A stretch of 64,000 nucleotides of DNA from Candidatus Doriopsillibacter californiensis (GTDB lineage Bacteria > Pseudomonadota > Gammaproteobacteria > Tethybacterales > Persebacteraceae): the NCBI GenBank assembly GCA_030386295.1, contig JANQAO010000002.1, forward strand, positions 186,868-250,867, written 5' to 3'. The notes beneath the pieces are model-generated. The model saw only the letters and a program-made list of their open reading frames with translations. It was not told the DNA's origin and did no database searches. Below are positions 1 through 9,781 of this stretch, piece after piece (the stretch's first letter is position 1; each line of letters begins with the position of its first letter). A program made the translations under genes and the position numbers.

Positions 1-2
1 GC

Positions 3-263
3 AGCGGCTGGTGCATCTGCGCCGCGGGCAACCCTGGGCTAGCACAAGCGGGCGCAGGCGATGTGCTCGCTGGCATTATCGGCGCTCTACTAGCACAAAC
101 ACAAAATGCGGAATTTGCTGCCCGCGCCGGAGTTTGGCTACATGCGGCAGCTGCAGACGAGCAGGCTGCTCAAAGCGGCACAATTGGATTGAATTTAAAC
201 ACATTAGCTGAAACGGCAGCACGCCGACTCAATTTGTATATTGAAAATCAAGTCGGCGATTAG
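3..263 (+). CDS. 3' end of NAD(P)H-hydrate dehydratase / YjeF C-terminal-domain protein (5' end truncated by window edge)
   Basis: The frame is open from the window edge. It translates ...GNPGLAQAGAGDVLAGIIGALLAQ..., the conserved C-terminal motif of YjeF/Nnr dehydratases. Confidence 0.65.
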   Translation, partial: SGWCICAAGNPGLAQAGAGDVLAGIIGALLAQTQNAEFAARAGVWLHAAAADEQAAQSGTIGLNLNTLAETAARRLNLYIENQVGD

Positions 264-272
264 CTCTTTTCA

Positions 273-1688
273 TCAACAAGAATAATACATCTCGAATTCT
301 ATGGGCTGCGGAGACTCACGAAAACGTGCCACTTCTTGCTGCTTCAATTCCAAATAAGCGTCTATGGCATCATCGTCAAAAACGCCCGTAGACGTCAGAA
401 ATTTGCGATCTTTATCTAATTCCACCAACGCATCAGCCAGCGAACCACACACTTCCTTTACTTTGCGCACCTTTTGGTCTGTAGAACGTGAATCATGATA
501 AAGGTTGAAATCACAAGGATCACCGGGATCAATTTTATTTTTAATGCCGTCCAACCCTGCCAATAACAATCCTGCAAAACACAAATATGGATTTGCCGAA
601 GAATCAGGAAAACGCGTTTCCACTCGCCGCGAAGATGCTGAAGAATGAGGAATACGTAACGCCGCTGAACGGTTGCGAGCAGAATAAGCAAGTTTGACCG
701 GCGCTTCAAATCCCGGCATCAATCGCCGGTAAGAATTGGTAGAAGCGTTAGTCAACGCATTAAGTGCGCGGGCGTGCTTCAAAATTCCGCCAACATACCA
801 CAGCGCTTCTTGGGACAATCCTCCATACAACCCTCCCTGAAAGATATTTTTACCGTTTTTGGAAATAGATTGATGCACATGCATGCCACTTCCATTGTCA
901 CCTTTGAGCGGTTTGGGCATAAATGTCGCCGTCTTGCCAAACTGATGCGCCACGTTGAGCACCACATATTTCAAAAATTGATTGTCATCGCCTCGCGCCA
1001 CCGCTGCCCCACCGCGAGTACCAATTTCACACTGACCGGCAGTCGCCACTTCGTGGTGGTGCACTTCCGCTTCCATGCCCATGTCACACAACCGTAAACA
1101 CATTTCATTACGCATATCAACTAAAGAATCCACCGGAGGCACCGGAAAATAACCGCCTTTAACACCGGGACGATGACCGCTGTTAAAACCGTCAAGATCC
1201 AAACTCGATGACCACGCTCCCTCTTCGCTACGAATGGAAAAACCGGTTTTATGCATATCATTTTTGAACTGCACCGAATCAAAAACAAAAAATTCCTGTT
1301 CAGATCCAAACATCACCGAATCACCAATACCCGTCTTTTTCAAATAGGTTGTAGCGGCGGCAGCAATGGAACGCGGACAACGGTTGTAAGGCTTATTATC
1401 ATGAGGACGAAACACGTCACACATCAAAATCAGCGTTTTTTCATCCAAAAATGGATCTACACGGGCAGAAGAAGCATCCGGCATCAACACCATATCTGAA
1501 TCTTCAATGCCGCGCCAGCCAGGAATAGATGAACCATCAAAACCTTTGCCTTCAGACAAAAAATCGGCATCCACGTGCGTCGCTGGTGCGGTGATGTGAT
1601 GGCATTTGCCATAGTAATCAGTAAACCGAAAATCTACAAAAACAATATTTTCATCTTTGATTTTTTTCAGAATTTTGGTGTTGCTCAT
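273..1688 (-). CDS. glnA: Glutamine synthetase type I
   Basis: Full-length GS-I-like translation (FVDFRFTD..., GSGMHVHQS, NPYL). I chose the internal ATG at 1688 (MSNTKILKK), which is preceded by AAGGA, over the longer ORF start at 1742. Confidence 0.95.
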   Translation of the reverse strand: MSNTKILKKIKDENIVFVDFRFTDYYGKCHHITAPATHVDADFLSEGKGFDGSSIPGWRGIEDSDMVLMPDASSARVDPFLDEKTLILMCDVFRPHDNKPYNRCPRSIAAAATTYLKKTGIGDSVMFGSEQEFFVFDSVQFKNDMHKTGFSIRSEEGAWSSSLDLDGFNSGHRPGVKGGYFPVPPVDSLVDMRNEMCLRLCDMGMEAEVHHHEVATAGQCEIGTRGGAAVARGDDNQFLKYVVLNVAHQFGKTATFMPKPLKGDNGSGMHVHQSISKNGKNIFQGGLYGGLSQEALWYVGGILKHARALNALTNASTNSYRRLMPGFEAPVKLAYSARNRSAALRIPHSSASSRRVETRFPDSSANPYLCFAGLLLAGLDGIKNKIDPGDPCDFNLYHDSRSTDQKVRKVKEVCGSLADALVELDKDRKFLTSTGVFDDDAIDAYLELKQQEVARFRESPQPIEFEMYYSC

Positions 1689-1963
1689 TTTAAGTTCCTT
1701 TGTCTTTAAAGTGATGTAAATCAAACAATGCTCATTATACATTAATTTTTTGATTGGATATCATTATTTTTTCTTATGATTAGATACGCCTCTACCTTCT
1801 ATTAATAAAAAAATAAAAAACTATCCAATTTTAAAAGACTAGACCGAGCAGATGAAGGCATATCGATTGACGCCGATTTGTTAACTTCGGTTACGTAGCC
1901 AATAAATTACAACAAAGCAGTGCCACCAAGCACTAAATCGCCGATTGAATTCAACCGTTGTGC

Positions 1964-2464
1964 CTAATATTGGTTTTTCAATATGCGTTGTTGTTGTCGT
2001 TGCCAATCACGTTTTTGCAACGCGTCGCGCTTGTCGTGTTTTTTCTTTCCCCGCGCTAATCCCACCAGAATTTTTATTTTACCGCGCACTAAATGCAGAT
2101 TAAGCGGCACTAGAGTAAGGCCTACCTGTTGTGTTTTGCCAATAAGGTAGCTAATTTCCTTTGCCGTCATCAATAGTTTGCGGCTGCGTAATGGCTCCGC
2201 TTCAACATGTGTAGATGCCGCCGTTAATGGCGAAAAATGGCTTCCCAACAAAAACAACTCGCCGCGCGACACAGCAACATAGCTTTCGCCGATTTGTGCT
2301 CGACCGCCGCGTACGGATTTAACTTCCCACCCCTGCAATACCAAACCAGCGGTATACGTTTCCAAAATTTCATAATTAAACCGGGCACGACGATTTTCAG
2401 CCAGCCTTCGTTGCGCCGCTGCCCGTGCCTGTTGTTGGTCGCTTTTTGAAGACTTTCCCATCAT
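1964..2464 (-). CDS. smpB: SsrA-binding protein SmpB
   Basis: 166 aa with ENRRARFNYEI...GWEVKS and a basic C-terminal tail. It sits in the conserved neighbourhood with ratA/rnfH. Confidence 0.95.
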   Translation of the reverse strand: MMGKSSKSDQQQARAAAQRRLAENRRARFNYEILETYTAGLVLQGWEVKSVRGGRAQIGESYVAVSRGELFLLGSHFSPLTAASTHVEAEPLRSRKLLMTAKEISYLIGKTQQVGLTLVPLNLHLVRGKIKILVGLARGKKKHDKRDALQKRDWQRQQQRILKNQY

Positions 2465-3132
2465 TCATGCGTCGCTGCCCGCTTGCGCCGAGCCGCGCGC
2501 GGATCTCGCACTAGTGATTGATAAATTTCCACACGGTCACCATCCTCCAGTCGCTCATCGCGCCCACATAATCGCCCAAAAACACCCACCGATGTTGCTT
2601 CTTCACAATTATCCGCAGCCAAAGCATCGCCCACCGTGGCCCCTCCCGACAAAGTCAGCATTCGCTCTTTACCACCGTTGGTAATAGCCACTCGGATATT
2701 GCCGCGCCCTGCTTCGCCGTAACGTTCTTTGGCGAGTGCGATAAAACTATCGACAAAACGACCAAACACAGCATCAAGCACTCGACTAAACAGTTTTTTT
2801 AGCGGCCCACTCTTAAATTCATATTCCAATTCAAACTCTACTCGACTGCGACCGTCACCCAAGTTAACAAAATTCCAACCGCCCTGCAAGGAATTAAGCG
2901 GCCCCTCAGCCAATGTCATGTCAATGCGTGACGGCCGTTGATGGCGGTTATCTGTGGCAAAAAATACTTTAACCCCGCAATAATGAATATGCAAGACGGC
3001 GCGCACCAATTCACCGTTGCGCGTAACCTCTGCTCGTTCGCACCACGGCAAAAAATCAGGATACGACTCGATGTCATCCACCAATGCAAACATTTGCTCG
3101 GCGGAATAAGAAACAATAAGCGTGCGCCGCAT
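2461..3132 (-). CDS. RatA-like SRPBCC (ribosome-association toxin / CoQ-binding) domain fused to an RnfH (UPF0125, ubiquitin-like) domain
   Basis: The N-terminal ~140 aa are RatA/YfjG-like (SYSAEQMFALVDDIESYPDFLPWC). The C-terminal ~78 aa are RnfH-like (VGVFGR...LEDGDRVEIYQSLVRDPRAARRKRA). It is one uninterrupted frame, with the start taken at MRRTLIV (3132). Confidence 0.7.
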   Translation of the reverse strand: MRRTLIVSYSAEQMFALVDDIESYPDFLPWCERAEVTRNGELVRAVLHIHYCGVKVFFATDNRHQRPSRIDMTLAEGPLNSLQGGWNFVNLGDGRSRVEFELEYEFKSGPLKKLFSRVLDAVFGRFVDSFIALAKERYGEAGRGNIRVAITNGGKERMLTLSGGATVGDALAADNCEEATSVGVFGRLCGRDERLEDGDRVEIYQSLVRDPRAARRKRAATHE

Positions 3133-3136
3133 GGCG

Positions 3137-4609
3137 TTATGAATTAAAGCTGCCACGCTCACTAGCGTTTGGCGACTGATCAAAACTGTCGTGTTCCTCA
3201 GTGGCTTGTGCAAACCGAGTGTGTTTTTTATCGAAAATTAGAGGCACAGTACCTGTCGGACCGTTACGCTGTTTGCCTATAATCAATTTGACCTTTGTTC
3301 CGCTATCGTGACCACCATAGCTTTCCGACTCGTCCGTTTTTTCGTGTAAAAATAACACCAAGTCAGCGTCCTGTTCAATTGCACCGCTTTCTCGCAAATC
3401 CGACAGCACGGGCTCTTTGTTAGGGCGCACGTCCACACTGCGATTGAGCTGTGACAGCGCCACCACAGGCACATTCAATTCTTTCGCCAGTGCTTTCAGT
3501 CCGCGTGACACTGCTGACACTTCCAGCACTCGATTTTCTACTCCGTCACCACCCGCACTCATCAACTGTAAATAGTCCACCACTATTAAAGAGAGTTTGC
3601 AACCATCTCGCGACAGCTGCCGGCGCGCACGACGCGCCATGCTACGTGCTTCCAAAATATTAAGTGCGCCACGGTCTTCTATGTATATATTGCGCTGCCC
3701 CAGTGTAGATACCGACTCAGTAAATTTTCGCAAATCATCACCGTCCATGGCACGCCCGTCCCAGTGCTTGCCGGTGCGCAACAAATTCGCGTCTAAACCA
3801 TCCTGTGAAATTAGACGCATCACCAGTAAATTAACCGACATTTCCAAACTAAAAAACACCACGCCACCACCAGTTGCAGAAACATGACGCGCTACATTTA
3901 AGGAAAACGCCGTTTTGCCGGCGCCGGGGCGACCTGCAATAATCACTAAATCACCACCGTGTAGGCCATTGGTCATTTTGTCCAATTTGGGGTATCCAGT
4001 AGGCGCCCCTCGCAAAGCATCAAAATTTTTACTTTGTATGATGGGAATCATGCGATTAAGATAACTTTCTGCCTCTTTACCCGCTAAACGCATACCAGCT
4101 GCTTCACCAGCAAACTGACCGCCAATAGCCGCTAGTCGCGACTCGGCTTCATCTAATAATTTAAGTGGCGGCTTATCGCCTGGGTGATACACTTCTGCTG
4201 CCGCTTCGGACAATACTTGTGCCATTTGTCGCAACAACGCCATATCGCGCACCAACTCCGCATAGGCCGACACATTCACTGCAGCCGCACCGCTATCAGC
4301 AATGGCAGCGATGTATTCGGCGCCGCCGGCTTCTCGTAACCGGTCGTCCGCTTGTAGACGCTGAGTCAGTAAAATGGGATCAGCGTGCTGATTCAGCGCT
4401 AATTCCTGAATACACTTGAATATCAGTTGGTGCCGCTTGTCATAAAAATGCTCACTGCGTAACGTGCCATCCAAGTCGTTGAATAAATCGTTATTGAGCA
4501 ACAACGCACCCAACAACGCCTGCTCAGCCTCCACCGCGTGCGGTGAGGTCAACTTATTGCGCGGCGTGTCGTCAATAACGGGATGAGCAATGTCGGATTG
4601 GCTGTTCAT
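3137..4609 (-). CDS. dnaB: Replicative DNA helicase DnaB
   Basis: Walker A GRPGAGKT, SLEMS, and the DnaB N-terminal domain motif AEQALLGALLLNN. Start chosen at MNSQSD. Confidence 0.95.
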   Translation of the reverse strand: MNSQSDIAHPVIDDTPRNKLTSPHAVEAEQALLGALLLNNDLFNDLDGTLRSEHFYDKRHQLIFKCIQELALNQHADPILLTQRLQADDRLREAGGAEYIAAIADSGAAAVNVSAYAELVRDMALLRQMAQVLSEAAAEVYHPGDKPPLKLLDEAESRLAAIGGQFAGEAAGMRLAGKEAESYLNRMIPIIQSKNFDALRGAPTGYPKLDKMTNGLHGGDLVIIAGRPGAGKTAFSLNVARHVSATGGGVVFFSLEMSVNLLVMRLISQDGLDANLLRTGKHWDGRAMDGDDLRKFTESVSTLGQRNIYIEDRGALNILEARSMARRARRQLSRDGCKLSLIVVDYLQLMSAGGDGVENRVLEVSAVSRGLKALAKELNVPVVALSQLNRSVDVRPNKEPVLSDLRESGAIEQDADLVLFLHEKTDESESYGGHDSGTKVKLIIGKQRNGPTGTVPLIFDKKHTRFAQATEEHDSFDQSPNASERGSFNS

Positions 4610-4756
4610 GGCAGTCAGCAAGAAAAAGATTATATCCCGCACGGAATTTTTTACTTGTAGTCATTTTGTTGATAACCTGTGCGAAAGATATGCTGTGGTA
4701 AATTGTGGTTAGAATACCAACGGCTAGCCGATGTTAAATAATCTATTAGGATAAAA

Positions 4757-6262
4757 ATGTCTTTTTCAACCTCCACAACCCCAAAATACGGTCCCGACAG
4801 CGTATTACCAAAACAAAAATTGTTCATCAACGGACATTTTGTTGATGCAACGTCCGATGACGCTTTTGACACTATCAATCCAGCAACCAATAAAACTATC
4901 TGCTCTGTACAACAAGCATCGCAGCAAGATATAGACAAAGCGGTTTCCGCCGCGCGTGACGCTTTTCCTGCTTGGGCGGCAACACCGGCGCGAGAACGGG
5001 GAACAATATTGCGCCGCGCTGCCAAGATTTTACTCGCTCGCAATGAGGAATTAGCTGCCTTAGAAACACTGGATACCGGCAAGGCAATTAGTGAAACACA
5101 AACGGTTGACATCATCACCGGCGTAGAAGTGCTGGAATACTATGCTGGCATTGCACCCACTTTGCATGGTGATTATTTTGACCATCCGCCCACCGCGTTC
5201 AGCATTATTCATCGCGAACCGCTGGGAGTATGTGCCGGAATCGGGGCGTGGAACTACCCCATCCAAATCGCTATGTGGAAATCGGCGCCAGCACTAGCTT
5301 GCGGCAATACCATGGTATTTAAACCAGCAGAATTGACTCCACTGAGCGCGCTGGCATTGGCCGACATTTATTGTGAAGCTGGTGTCCCAAACGGTGTCTT
5401 CAATGTAGTGCAAGGCGACGCCCGGATTGGAAGAATGCTGTCTTTGCACCCAGGCATTGACAAAGTATCACTCACCGGCGAGGCTGGCACCGGAAAAAAA
5501 GTCATGGCGGATGCCGCTACCACGCTCAAACACGTAACTTTTGAATTGGGTGGCAAATCACCGTTGCTCATTTTTGCCGATGCCGACATAGAAAGTGCCG
5601 TATCGGCAGCGCTGGTGGCGAATTTCTTTTCCACCGGTCAGGTGTGCTCAAACGGCACCCGCGTTTTTGTAGAACGCTCAGTTATTGATGAATTTATCAC
5701 TCGCTTGCGCCCGCGAGTAGAAGCAATGCGTGTAGGTTGTCCATTTGATCCACAAACACAAGTGGGACCGCTCGTCAGCACGAAGCATTGGCAAAAAGTA
5801 ATGTCTTATATGGATGACGCCTTTGCTTCCGCCGCCACACATGTAACCGGCGGACAACGCCCTACCGACTCTTCATTGACGGCGGGAAATTATGTTCTAC
5901 CTGCAGTATTTGCTGATTGTGATGACAATATGCGCTTTGTCCGTGAGGAGGTGTTCGGTCCGCTAATGTCAATATTAACTTTTGACAATGAAGAAGAAGT
6001 GTTGGCACGCGCCAATGCCACTGATTATGGCTTAGCAGCAGCGGTATTTTCCCGTGATTTTTCCCGCGCTCATCGGCTGGCGCAACGATTACAAGCGGGC
6101 ACGGTGTGGATCAACGACTATAACACTCTACCCCCAGAAGTTCCTTTTGGTGGCGTAAAGGGTTCGGGAATAGGTCGCGAAAACGGGCTGCAAGCGGTGG
6201 AACATTACACTCAAACGAAAACTGTATATGCCAATACGGGTGATTTTAAAGGTTGTTACTAA
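4757..6262 (+). CDS. betB: NAD-dependent betaine-aldehyde dehydrogenase-like aldehyde dehydrogenase
   Basis: ALDH family motifs (FELGGKSP, catalytic Cys in GQVCSNGTR, EEVFGP). The N-terminal part resembles BetB (LETLDTGK...VDIITGVEVLEYYAG). Confidence 0.75.
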   Translation: MSFSTSTTPKYGPDSVLPKQKLFINGHFVDATSDDAFDTINPATNKTICSVQQASQQDIDKAVSAARDAFPAWAATPARERGTILRRAAKILLARNEELAALETLDTGKAISETQTVDIITGVEVLEYYAGIAPTLHGDYFDHPPTAFSIIHREPLGVCAGIGAWNYPIQIAMWKSAPALACGNTMVFKPAELTPLSALALADIYCEAGVPNGVFNVVQGDARIGRMLSLHPGIDKVSLTGEAGTGKKVMADAATTLKHVTFELGGKSPLLIFADADIESAVSAALVANFFSTGQVCSNGTRVFVERSVIDEFITRLRPRVEAMRVGCPFDPQTQVGPLVSTKHWQKVMSYMDDAFASAATHVTGGQRPTDSSLTAGNYVLPAVFADCDDNMRFVREEVFGPLMSILTFDNEEEVLARANATDYGLAAAVFSRDFSRAHRLAQRLQAGTVWINDYNTLPPEVPFGGVKGSGIGRENGLQAVEHYTQTKTVYANTGDFKGCY

Positions 6263-6415
6263 ACGTAAAATGATAATCCTGTTTTTTACGGGCTACCGTC
6301 AACAACTGCCACATTCAAAATTCGCATTATTATTGAATTTCGTTATAATTGTTGCCACTGGTGCACTCCAAGTGCTTCGGTTATTTTTTTCTATATTGTA
6401 TAAAAAGGAGAGTTA

Positions 6416-7531
6416 ATGAACACCACAACCAAAAAAATTGTTGCCAGCTTTGCCGCTACCGCCCTGATTGCGGGCAATGCGTTGGCAGCAAAAGACATTG
6501 AATTGACCATCGTGTCATGGGGTGGCGCTTACACTGATAGCCAACAAAACGCCTATCACGCCCCCTACATGAAAGCTAACCCGCATGTTTCCATCATTAA
6601 CGATGACTCTTCCAATGAAGCGGTTCCCAAATTGCGAGCACAAAATGAAGCCGGCAATATTAATTGGGATTTGGTGGACATGGTACCTGCTGATGCAATT
6701 CGCGCCTGCGATGAAGGTATTGTCATAGAAATCGACTTCGACAAAGTGTTGGCTCCGGCACCCGATGGCACCTCGCCAACTCAAGACTTTGGCGCCTCAC
6801 TGGTATCACCCTGTTTTATACCGCAAATCGTTTATTCCACCACTTTTGGTTACCGCTCTGACGTGGCGGAATGGGGCGGCAAAAAACCAACCTCCATAAA
6901 AGATGTATTTGACACCAAAAATTTCCCAGGCAAACGTTCTTTGGAAAAGCGGCCGGTCAACAATATGGAGTGGGCACTCATCGCCGATGGCGTATCGCCA
7001 GATCAAGTGTATGATGCACTTTCCACGCCCGAAGGCGTTGACCGTGCGTTTGCCAAACTGGACACTATTAAAGATGACATTATTTGGTGGAGTTCGGGCG
7101 CAGATACCCCAGATCGTTTAGCTAAAAAAGAAGTAGTTATGGGCTCTACCTACAATGGTCGTCTGTTTGCTCTGATTGAAGAACAAAAGCAGCCAGTGGA
7201 AATGATGTGGGATTGGCAGATTTTTGAGTTGGACGGCTGGGTCATACCCGCCGGCTTGCCAAAAGATCGCCTGCAAGCAGTGTTGGATTATTTGTATTAT
7301 GCTACTGACACCCAACGGCTAGCCGATCAATCAAAATACATTTCTTACGGACCGGCTCGCCAATCTTCCGCACCACTAGTTGGAAAACACGCTACGCTAG
7401 ACATTGATATGGCACCACACATGCCAACCGATCCAAACAATGCCAAAAACACGCTCTACAACAACATAGAGTGGTGGGCGGACAATCGTGATGAATTAGA
7501 CCAGCGTTTTCAAGCTTGGTTAGATCAGTAA
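6416..7531 (+). CDS. ABC transporter periplasmic substrate-binding protein (PotD/PotF-like family 1 SBP)
   Basis: Signal peptide MNTTTKKIVASFAATALIAGNALA followed by an SBP-like body. GGAG lies upstream of the ATG, and two ABC permeases follow. Confidence 0.75.
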   Translation: MNTTTKKIVASFAATALIAGNALAAKDIELTIVSWGGAYTDSQQNAYHAPYMKANPHVSIINDDSSNEAVPKLRAQNEAGNINWDLVDMVPADAIRACDEGIVIEIDFDKVLAPAPDGTSPTQDFGASLVSPCFIPQIVYSTTFGYRSDVAEWGGKKPTSIKDVFDTKNFPGKRSLEKRPVNNMEWALIADGVSPDQVYDALSTPEGVDRAFAKLDTIKDDIIWWSSGADTPDRLAKKEVVMGSTYNGRLFALIEEQKQPVEMMWDWQIFELDGWVIPAGLPKDRLQAVLDYLYYATDTQRLADQSKYISYGPARQSSAPLVGKHATLDIDMAPHMPTDPNNAKNTLYNNIEWWADNRDELDQRFQAWLDQ

Positions 7532-7594
7532 AAACGTTCTTTCTTGGTAGCGCTCGCTCGATTTTTAGTGGCGCTACCTTTTGAAAGAAAAAAA

Positions 7595-8845
7595 ATGACT
7601 GATGTTGTCAACGACACTACACTAAAAACTCGTTTTTCCCGTACCGAACGACGTAAGCGAGTTCGGGCGTTATTGCTGGTATTACCACTATTTTTATTTA
7701 TCTGCGTGACATTTTTGGCCCCCGTAGCCGAAATGCTGTTCCGCAGCACGGATAATACGGCAGTACATAACGCACTCACTAATACACACAAAGCGCTATC
7801 CAGTTGGGACGAAAATAGCGGTGAACTACCGCCACAGGCGGCATATTTGGCCATTATTGCCGACGTTAAGGCAGGTGCGAAAAAAAAAATGTTCACCCGT
7901 GTCGGCCGACGGCTAAACTATCAAATATCCGGCGTTTCCAGCATGTTTCGAAAAACAGCTCGCCAAGCTCGGCGTCTGCCTGACGATATTGCTGACCCGC
8001 AAACAGCTCTCATTAAAATCCACAAAAAATGGGGGGATGTCAATATCTGGCGAGGAATTAAATATTTCACTACACCCTATACCAGCAGCTACTATCTAGA
8101 TGCAACGGATTTTGGCTATGTCCTAGAAAATGGCGACTACGCTCGCAAAGTTGAATCTCAGCGTGTCTATTTGAATCTGTTTTGGCGAACGATTATCATG
8201 TCAGTAGCTATCACCCTGTTGACGTTATTAATGGCCTATCCCACCGCCTTTTTGATTTCCAGTATATCCTCCCAAAGTGCTAATTTATTACTCATTATGG
8301 TGTTATTGCCCTTTTGGACATCGCTTTTGGTGCGCACTACTTCATGGATTGTGCTGTTATATCAGGAAGGCGTAATTAACGATTTACTCGTGTCTCTGGG
8401 GCTAGTAAGCGACGACGGGCGACTGGAACTCATTCATAATACCACCGGCACCATCGTGGCAATGACCCACATTTTATTGCCTTTTATGTTACTACCGCTG
8501 TACAGCGTAATGAAAACTATTAATCCCGCATATATGCGGGCAGCTCGTTCCATGGGAGCGGGAGCGTTCACAGCGTTTCGGCGCGTGTATTTCCCTCAGA
8601 CCGTGCCTGGCATTGGTGCCGGTGCTATTTTAGTCTTCATCCTTGCCATCGGCTATTATATAACGCCAGAACTAGTCGGCGGCGTAGAAGGCACGTTTAT
8701 CTCCAACCGCATTGCATATCATGTGCGCAGTTCGGGTAACTGGGGTCTGGCGTCAGCGCTAGGCTTTATATTACTGATCTTAGTGCTATTAATGTATTGG
8801 TGTTACGACAAAATTGTCGGCATTGACAATATGAAATTGGGTTAA
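7595..8845 (+). CDS. ABC transporter permease (PotB-like) with a large loop after TM1
   Basis: Multi-TM protein of the BPD-transporter inner-membrane component type (EAA-like region AARSMGAGAFTAFRRVYFPQ). About 150 hydrophilic residues lie between TM1 and TM2. ATG chosen at 7595. Confidence 0.8.
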   Translation: MTDVVNDTTLKTRFSRTERRKRVRALLLVLPLFLFICVTFLAPVAEMLFRSTDNTAVHNALTNTHKALSSWDENSGELPPQAAYLAIIADVKAGAKKKMFTRVGRRLNYQISGVSSMFRKTARQARRLPDDIADPQTALIKIHKKWGDVNIWRGIKYFTTPYTSSYYLDATDFGYVLENGDYARKVESQRVYLNLFWRTIIMSVAITLLTLLMAYPTAFLISSISSQSANLLLIMVLLPFWTSLLVRTTSWIVLLYQEGVINDLLVSLGLVSDDGRLELIHNTTGTIVAMTHILLPFMLLPLYSVMKTINPAYMRAARSMGAGAFTAFRRVYFPQTVPGIGAGAILVFILAIGYYITPELVGGVEGTFISNRIAYHVRSSGNWGLASALGFILLILVLLMYWCYDKIVGIDNMKLG

Positions 8846-8847
8846 CC

Positions 8848-9696
8848 ATGATGCCGTCTTATGTACAGGGCTGGGAAAAAATATGGCATTACGTTCTGCG
8901 GGTGATTGCCGGCTTAGTTTTGTTTTATCTTATTTTTCCAATTTTTGTCATCGTTCCGCTGTCGTTTAACGCGTTGCCGTATTTTGTTTTCACCGAAGAA
9001 ATGCTGTCGCTGGACCCAGCAGGTTATTCGCTGCAATGGTACAAAGATTTTTTTACTGACATTAACTGGCAAACAGCGGTAAAAAACAGCGTGATTATTT
9101 CTCTGTTCTCCACGCTGCTCGCAACTTTCCTTGGAACATTAGCGGCGCTGGGCCTATCGCGTTCTTATCTACCGTTCCGCCGCGCTATTATGGCCATGTT
9201 AATTTCACCGATGATCGTACCGCTCATTATCTCGGCGGCAGCCATGTTTTTCTTTTATTCCAGTATTAATTTGCAAGGCACTTACGTCGGCGTCATCCTA
9301 GCACACACCGCGCTAGCCACACCATTTGTTGTTATTACGGTAACGGCAACACTGTCCAACTTTGATTATTCATTGGTACGCGCATCTCACAGCTTGGGCG
9401 CGTCACCCACTACTACATTTTTTCGTATTATTGTGCCGATAATTTTTCCCGGCGTTATTTCGGGAGCTTTGTTTGCTTTCATCACTTCGTTTGATGAAGT
9501 AGTAGTAATACTTTTTGTTGGTTCATACGAGCAACACACCATACCTTGGCAAATGTTTTCCGGTATTCGCGAGCGCATCAGCCCCACTATTTTAGCGGTA
9601 GCGACAATATTAATATTCCTATCCATTTTGCTACTGCTTGCCACAGAACTACTACGCCGACGCACTGAACGGCTACGTGGTATCACCGGTGTGTAA
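8848..9696 (+). CDS. ABC transporter permease (PotC-like)
   Basis: Six-TM permease with an EAA-like loop (RASHSLGASPTTTFFRIIVP). It starts 2 nt after the preceding permease. Confidence 0.85.
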   Translation: MMPSYVQGWEKIWHYVLRVIAGLVLFYLIFPIFVIVPLSFNALPYFVFTEEMLSLDPAGYSLQWYKDFFTDINWQTAVKNSVIISLFSTLLATFLGTLAALGLSRSYLPFRRAIMAMLISPMIVPLIISAAAMFFFYSSINLQGTYVGVILAHTALATPFVVITVTATLSNFDYSLVRASHSLGASPTTTFFRIIVPIIFPGVISGALFAFITSFDEVVVILFVGSYEQHTIPWQMFSGIRERISPTILAVATILIFLSILLLLATELLRRRTERLRGITGV

Positions 9697-9781
9697 TACT
9701 CAACACTCCAAAAATAATTTTTCAGTAATTTTTCTACTTTAGCATTATGGTAACGGCTTCAAACACCGCTTAAAACGTAAT

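Noticed and set aside
1909-1925. A sigma54-like TGGCAC...TTG element on the minus strand upstream of glnA.
   Set aside because: The -12 element is off by one in spacing and does not match TTGC. The site also lies about 230 nt from the glnA ATG, abutting the smpB stop.
4717-4732. An identical 16-mer CCAACGGCTAGCCGAT upstream of betB and again at 7312-7327 inside the SBP gene. It contains the palindrome CGGCTAGCCG and was considered as a shared operator.
   Set aside because: About one such 16-nt coincidence is expected in 64 kb on two strands. The second copy is in coding sequence (QRLADQ), and there is no further flanking similarity.
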